Positions 57,218 through 64,000 of a DNA stretch of 64,000 bases are shown here, one piece after another. The notes under the pieces were generated by a model. The model ran no database searches, had not been told where the DNA came from, and was given only the letters and a program-made list of their open reading frames with translations. The position numbers were made by a program, and so were the translations under genes. The stretch lies in the NCBI RefSeq assembly GCF_009914755.1, contig NC_060925.1; one strand, given 5' to 3'. Positions within the stretch are counted from its first letter, which is position 1. Each line of letters starts with the position of its first letter. The stretch is from the human T2T-CHM13v2.0 reference genome, Homo sapiens.

Positions 57218-57527
57218 GGCTGGGTGCGGTGGCTCACGCCTGTAATCCCAGGACTTTGGGAGGCCGAGGTGGGCGGATCACGAGGTCAGGAGATCGAGAC
57301 CATCCTGGCTAACATGGTGAAACCCCGTCTCTATTAAAACTACAAAAAATTAGCCAGGCGCGGTGGCGGGCGCCCATAGTCCCAGCTACTCAGGAGGCTG
57401 AGGCAGGAGAATGGCGTGAACCTGGGAGGCGGAGCTTGCAGTGAGCTGAGATAGTGCCACTGCAGTCCGGCCTGGGTGAAGGAGTGAGACTCCGTCTCAA
57501 AAACAAAAAAAAACAAAAAAAAAAAAT
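57218..57527 (+). mobile_element. AluY (Yk-like variant)
   Basis: GAGATAGTGCCACTGCAGTCCGGCCTGGG variant motif. Confidence 0.9.
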
Positions 57528-58586
57528 CACCTAAAAGCAAACATACAAGAACAGTATCTATTGAATATCTCAGCAGACTTAGCGCCCAAAGACCCTCTTT
57601 GAAAACACTCTTGGAAGAGGCACTCCAGCAAAGAGAGAAATAAACCCAGAAGAACATTAGAAGATAAATGAGAAGTAAAGATAAATAAAGTAAGCTAAAA
57701 TTTATTATTTTTTTAAAAAAGGCAAATATACACACCATACAAACGCAACTATATCCAATAAAATCCACTAAAATTCTAGATAATACCAAGGAAATATGGG
57801 TTATGGCAAAAAACAAATGGAAGTAAGAGTACATTGAAGTACACCTATATTGTTTAGGAGAAGATACAGATTGAACTTCAGAAGAAAAACCATCATGAGA
57901 GATTGTTAAAAGGAACAACTAATCAAAAAGATATAAAATTTATGAACATATATACACGTTAACCACACAGGCTCAAAATATTTTCAGCAACAACCAGTGG
58001 AACTACAGGAAGAAATAAATTAGCAACTATACTTGCTAATTTTAAAATATTCTTCTCAGAATTTTATAGATCAAACAGAATAAAAATTATAATGCATATA
58101 AAATAATAAGGTTTAGCTTAATTGATTTATATAGAAATTTACATCCAACAAGCAAAAAATATACATTATTTTTTAGGACACATGCATAGAACATATTTTT
58201 TAAAACTGACCATTTAATAGGCAACAAATGAAGCCACAATAAATTCCCAGGAATCTATATCATACCCTCTATAATTCCTGACTATATTTCAATATCATAC
58301 ATAACAAAAGGATGTCTTTAAAAGAAAACCCTCAGCCAGAAAATTATGCACACACATAAAATAAAGATATTACCTAATTAATCCTAGGATTAAAGAGGAA
58401 ATCTCAGGGAGAAGTTGTAAAATAAATGGTGCCTGAATGACAATAAAAACACTATATATCAAAATATATATGGTATCAGTTGGACCTAGGAAAGAAAAAC
58501 TCATAGAATACAGGTACTAGTAGTTTGAAAAAAACATAAAATACATCCTTCAGAAAACATGAAATGGTGAAAACATGGAAGCACTC

Positions 58587-58646
58587 TGTATTAGTTAGGG
58601 CTCTCCAGAAAGACAAAACCAATAGGATGGATGGATGGATAGATAT

Positions 58647-58702
<56 letters not shown>

Positions 58703-58815
58703 GTTTATTACAGGAATTCATTCATTGGGCTCATGCAATTATGGAGGCTGAGAAGTCCAAGGTTGAGGGGACACATCTGTGAGAGCCTGCTCGCTGATGG
58801 GGACTTTCTGCAAAT
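58587..58815 (-). mobile_element. MLT2-like LTR end containing an STR
   Basis: TGTATTAGTTAGGGCTCTCCAGA...GCAATTATGGAGGCTGAGAAGTCC. Confidence 0.65.
58625..58700. repeat. Compound STR (GGAT)4...(GATA)13
   Basis: Perfect GATA x13 at 58649-58700. Confidence 0.95.
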
Positions 58816-58874
58816 TACCATTCTTGTAGGTCAAAAATAGTTGGATATCAGAAATTTCCTATAGTTCAACTAAT

Positions 58875-59035
58875 AGATAGCTATCATTATTCTCATTTTA
58901 CTGAAGAAATTGAAGCACAGAGAGATTCAATAACTTGCCCAAGTTACACAGACAATCATTGTCAATGTTATAATTTGAGCCTAGGAAGTGTAGTTTCAGA
59001 GTCTGTCTCTCAACCAGTATGCTATACTGCACTGC
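58875..59035 (-). mobile_element. MIR
   Basis: CTCATTTTACTGAAGAAATTGAAGCACAGAGAGATTCAATAACTTGCCCAAG. Confidence 0.7.
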
Positions 59036-59109
59036 TTCTTGGAAATTATCTCCATGGATGCAAAAAAGTTATTTAATAAATCTCATCACCGATTTATCAT
59101 TAAAAAATA

Positions 59110-59937
59110 TGTATCTGACTGAAAGTAAAGAGCAGTTGCCCAGGGATAGGTGGAAGAGTAGAGATTAACTGTAAACATGTACCAGGAATTTTGGGGATAA
59201 TGGAAATGTTCTAAAAATGGATTATGGTGATTGTTGTACTGTTCTCTTAATTTACTAAAATAATTGAATTTATTTGCACTCTTAAAATGGGTGAATTTTA
59301 TGTTATATAAATATATTTAAATAATTATATTTTTAAAATTCTGAAAACTTCCTTAGTTTGCTAATAATTATAAGAACAACAACATAGCAAGCATCATACT
59401 TAATAGAAGAAATTTTAGAAGCATTTAAAAAAATGCTTCATGAATAAGAAATAATGATTGCCATCCCTGCTGCTATCTAACACAGTACTGAAGATTCTAG
59501 CCAAAGATATAAGCTAAAAAGAATTGTTTTCATATGGGAACTAAAATAAAAGAAATAATATTGTTATTAAAAGAATATGGTCATAAACAAGGAAAAACAA
59601 AAGTATTAGGTGGCAAATTGTTATAATAAATAAGAGAGTTCAGCAAAGTACCAGATAGAAGATCAACTTACAAAAAGGAGTTTCTCAAAGCAGAAATAAT
59701 CAAGTGGAAAATTTAATAGGAAAGAAGATACATTCACAAAAGTGGCAAAATCTATACAGCATCTAAGATTTAACCTAACAAAGAGGACAGAAGACCATTT
59801 CAGGGAAAAAAATGTAACCTCTGTTAAATAATATAACAAGAAATCTGAATAGAGATAATTTGATCATGTTTGTGGATAGAGTAACTTAAAATTATGAAGA
59901 TACCTGTTTTACCCAAATTATTCTATAAATTCACTGC
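59110..59937 (+). mobile_element. Old L1M fragments (3' UTR piece and ORF2 piece)
   Basis: GGATAATGGAAATGTTCTAAAA...TTAAAATGGGTGAATTTTATG; CCCAAATTATTCTATAAATTC. Confidence 0.55.
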
Positions 59938-62088
59938 TGCAATGGACTGAATGTTTGTGTCCTGCTTCACCGTCAGTTCAAATGTTGAAACCCTCATCCC
60001 AGTGTGATGGTATTTGGAGGTGGGGTCTTTGAAAAATAATTACATCAGAAGCCTTCATAAGAAGCCAGACAGCTAGCTAGCTACCTTTCCATACTGTATG
60101 AGGATGGCAAGAAGACGGCTCTCTGTCAGCCAGGAAAAGGGCATTCCCCAAGAACCCAACCATGCTGGCAACCTGATCTAGGACTTCCAGCTTTCAGAAC
60201 TCTGAAAAATAAATGCCTGAACTTTAAGTAGCCCAGTACATATAGCAGCATGAACTGGCTAAGACAGAAATTGGTACTGAGAAATGAGGCACTGCAATAA
60301 CAAGTACATGAAAGTGTGGAAGCAATCTTGGAAGTGGGTAATGGGTAGAGGCTGCAAGAATTGTGAAGTACATGCTAGAAAATGTCAATGTTGCCATGAC
60401 GGGATTTTAAAGGCAATTGTGATTATGGCTCAGAAATAAAAGAGGAGAGCTGTACAGAAAGCTTCTGTCTTCTTAAGACAGTACATAATTATGAACCATG
60501 TTAGTAGAAATATGGATAGTAGAGGTCATTCATGATAAAGCCTCAAATGGAAATGATGAAACATGTTATTAGAAACTAGAGGAAAGCCCATCCTTGTTAT
60601 AAAGTGGTAAAAAACTTGGCTGAATTGTGTTTATGTTCTAGTGTTTTGTGGAATGTAGAACTTGTAAGTGATGAAACTGGATACTTAGTGGAGGAAATTT
60701 CTAGGCAAAGTGTTGAAGGAGTGGCTTACTTCTTCCCGATCACTTATAGAAAAAGGTAAGAGAGAAATAAGTTGAAGATGGAATCATTAAGCAAAAAGGA
60801 ACCAGAACTTAAATATTTGAAAATTTCTGAACTGTTAATGTTACAAAAAAATTTTTAAAAAGCATGTTCAGAAGAGAACACTAAGGGTGTGGTGAACTAA
60901 CCACTTGAAAAGGAGATTCGTGTAAGTGTGAACCATGGACTTCATCAGCCATCTCAACAGAAACCAGGAACAGAGATGGGGCAATTCTAGCAGAAATGCC
61001 AGCTGAGACTAAAGGAAAGAGAGAAAATAGGATACAATTAAGGAAGACCATCAGACTTCTTAGAACTTCAGGACTACAGGACTCAACCACTGAGCAGAAA
61101 ACATGCACTATCCAAAACAAGAGAAGAAGGACCCCAAAGGAGATTCAGAAATCCACAGAGCTGCCACTTCCACCATTGGCCCAGAGTGCCATGGGCTGAG
61201 CCAGAGAATGGGGCTGCCTCCACCTCAGTTTCAAACGGTGGGACCAACACGCAGCAGAGCCATGGGGCAGGGCTGTTGGGACCCACTGGGACACCACCCC
61301 CACTGGGCAGAGGTATAAAAGAGGAACCATTGCCACCATGAGTCCAGAGAGTAGAACATCAAAATGATTATTCTTGAGCCTTAAGATCTCACAGAGCTTG
61401 CCTTGCTATTAACTTGCCTAGGACCCATTTTTCCTTTCCTTCTTTCCTCTTTCTCCCTTTTGGAATGGGAATGTCTCTCCTATTCCTGTATATTTTGGAA
61501 GCACATAAATTGCTTACTTTCACAGGTTCACAGCTGGAGAGGAATTTGCCTCAGGATGAATTGTACTTCAAATCTTACCCATATCCAATTTATGTGATAT
61601 TTAGATGAGACATTGTACTTCAGACTTTTAAAGTTAATGCCAGAACAAGTTAAGTATTTGGGGGCTGTTGGAATGGAATGGGTTTATTTTGCATGTGAGA
61701 AGAACATGAATTTGGGGGAGCCAGGGGCAGAATGCAATGAATGAAACGTATGTCTCCAAATTCATATATTGAAATCCTAATCGAAATGTGATGATATTTG
61801 GAGTTGCGGCCTTTGGGAGATAATTAGGTCATGAGAGTGGATCCACTATAATTGGAATTAGTGCCCTTAAAAGATGACACCAGAGGTCTAGCTAGCTCTC
61901 TTTCCACTATGTGAGGGAATAGAAAGAAGACAGCCCTCTGTACACCAGGAAAAGTGCACTCACCAAGAACCTGACTATATCAGCACCCTGATCTCAAATT
62001 TCTAACCTCCAGAACTGTGAGAAATAAATGTTTGTTGTTTAAATCACCTAGACCATGGTAATTTTTTATAGCAGCCCAAACCAAGACA
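59938..62088 (+). mobile_element. Full-length MLT1A-type MaLR provirus (LTR 59938-60266, internal, LTR 61733-62088)
   Basis: Both LTRs start TGCAATG and end AAGACA; internal start GAAATTGGTACTGAG; polypurine tract CCAGGGGCAGAA. Confidence 0.85.
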
Positions 62089-62229
62089 AACGTAATTGCA
62101 ATCAAGTTTCTAAAAATATACAGTTGAAATTAAGAAAATCAAAAATTCAGTTGAAATTAAGAAAATCTAAAATCTAAAATAAAAGTTCTTCTTTAAAAAA
62201 AAAAAACTAGGCTAATTTTGATAAGAAAG

Positions 62230-64000
62230 ATCCTTTCCCCATTGCTTGTTTTTGTCAGGTTGCTGAAGATCAGATGGTTGTAGATGTGTGGTGTTATTTC
62301 TGAGGCCTCTGCCCTGTTCCATTGGTCTATATATCTGTTTTGCTATCAGTACCATGCTGTTTTGATTAGTGTAGCCTTGTAGTATAGTTTGAAGTCATGT
62401 AGTGTGAGGACTCCAGCTTTGTTCTTTTTGCTTAGAATTGTCTTGGCTATACAGGCTCTTTTTTGGTTCCATATGAACTTTAAAGTAGTTTTTTCTAGTT
62501 TGGTGAAGAAAGTCAATGGTAGCTTGATGGGAATAGCATTGAATCTATAAATTACTTTGGGCAGTATGGCCATTTTCATGACATTGATTCTTCCTATCCA
62601 TGAGCATGGAATGTTTTTCCATTCGTTTGTGTCCTCTCTTATTCCCTTCAGCAGTGGTTTGTAGTTCTCCTTGAAGAGGTCCTTCACGTTCCTTATAAGT
62701 TGTATTCCTAGGTATTTTATTTTCTTTGTAGCAATTCTGAATTGGAGTTCACTCATGATTTGGCTCTCTGTTTGTCTGTTATTGGTGTATAGGAATGCTT
62801 GTGATGCTTGCACATTGAATTTGTATCCTGAGATTTTGCTGAAGTTGCTTGTCAGCTTAAGGAGTTTTGGGGCTGAGACGATGGAGTTTTCTAAATATAC
62901 AATCATGTCATCTGCAAACAGAGACAATTTGACTTCCCCTCTTCCTATTTGAATACCTCTTATTTCTTTCTCTTGCCTGATTGCCCTGGTCAGAACTTCC
63001 AGTACTATGTTGAATAGGAGTGGTGAGAGAGGGCATCCTTGTCTTGTGCTGTTTTTCAAAGGGAATGCTTCCAGCTTATGCCCATTGAGTATAATAATGG
63101 CTATGGGTTTGAAATAAATAGCTCTTATTATTTTGAGATATGCTCCATCAACATCTAGTTTATTAAGAGGTTTTAGCATGAAGTGGTGTTGAATTTTATT
63201 GAAGGCCTTTTCTGCATCTATTGAGATAATCATGTGGTTTTTGTCATTGGTTCTGTTTATGTGATGGATTACATTTATTGATTTCTGTATGTTAAACCAG
63301 CCTTGCATCCCAAGGATGAAGCCGACTTGATCGTGGTGGATAAGCTTTTTGATGTGCTGCTGGATTTGGTTTTCCAGTATTTTACTGAGGATTTTCACAT
63401 CAATGTTCATCAAATATATTGGCCTGAAATTTTCTTTTTTTGTTGTGTGTCTGCCAGGTTTTGGTATCAGGATGATGCTGGCCTCATAAAATCAGTTAGG
63501 GAGGATTCTGTCTTTTTCTATTGTTTGGAATAGTTTCAGAAGGAATGGTACCAGCTCCTCTTTGTACCTCTGGTAGAATTTGGCTGTGAATCCGTCTGGT
63601 CCTGGGCTTTTTTTGGTTGGTAGGCTATTAATTACTGCCTCAATTTCATAACTTGTTATTGGTCTATTCAGGAATTCGACTTCTTCCTGGTTTAGTCTTG
63701 GGAGGGTGTATGTGTCCAGGAATTTAACCATTTCTTCTAGATTTTCTAGTTCATTTGCATAGAGGTGTTTATAACATTCTCTGATGGCAGTTTGTATTTC
63801 TGTGGGGTCCATGGTGATATCCCCCTTATCACTCTTTATTGTGTCTATTTGATTGTTCTCTCTTTTCTTCTTTATTAGTCTGGCTACTATTCTATCTACT
63901 TTGTTAATCTTTTCAAAAAACAGCTCCTGGATTCATTGATTTTTTGAAGAGTTTTTTGTGTCTCTATCTCCTTCAGTTCTGCTCTGATCTTAATTATTTC
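62230..64000 (-). mobile_element. L1PA7/8-like ORF2 segment (RT domain) lacking its 3' end; runs off the window
   Basis: ORF 62346..63413 (355 aa) with RQGCPLSP and LFADD RT motifs. Confidence 0.92.

Larger units (their letters stand above)
55850..58580 (+). mobile_element. Highly decayed L1M remnants (ORF1 and ORF2 5' part) hosting an AluJ, MER2B and an AluY
   Basis: GAATTTTCCAGAATTG; ACATCCAACAAGCAAAAAATATACATT; AAAACTGACCAT motifs. Confidence 0.5.

Noticed and set aside
57340-57918. 192-aa hydrophobic ORF as a membrane protein
   Set aside because: It is the antisense reading of A-rich L1 remnants plus an Alu; the hydrophobicity is compositional.
62121-62180. Short tandem duplications (CAGTTGAAATTAAGAAAATC twice; also 4768-4810 and 743-758) as a CRISPR-like array or regulatory repeats
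   Set aside because: Only two or three copies with no spacer structure; these are ordinary slippage duplications in eukaryotic repeat DNA.
62346-63413. 355-aa reverse transcriptase ORF as an active or novel RT system
   Set aside because: It is an ordinary L1 ORF2 fragment, bounded by a stop and an upstream frame break, with no 3' end in the window.

Overview
Primate (human-like) genomic DNA, mostly interspersed repeats: L1 of several ages, about 20 Alus, MaLR/ERVL LTR elements, L2/MIR and DNA-transposon fossils. The only gene-derived sequence I can support is the 3' part of an intron-containing paralog of the mitochondrial ATP-Mg/Pi carrier SLC25A24 (SCaMC-1), on the minus strand at 41276->14376. 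It is most likely the SCaMC-1Like/Slc25a54 ortholog, annotated in human as SLC25A24P1; I cannot exclude its duplicate P2 from sequence alone. Six exons (159, 153, 108, 168, 151 and 185 coding bp) match SLC25A24 exons 5-10 in size as I recall them, all splice sites are GT-AG, and there are no frameshifts. The one clear lesion is an in-frame TGA in the exon-6 equivalent, plus two Pro->Ser changes at positions conserved in SLC25A24. The EF-hand exons 1-4 were not found in the 22.7 kb upstream. I found no convincing new biological system. The leads most worth checking are the near-intact pseudogene, an unexplained 133-bp direct repeat with exon-like borders downstream of it, a short Alu derivative that moved as its own unit, and several retrotransposition or template-switch scars. 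Repeat subfamily names come from recalled consensus sequences and should be confirmed with RepeatMasker/Dfam.
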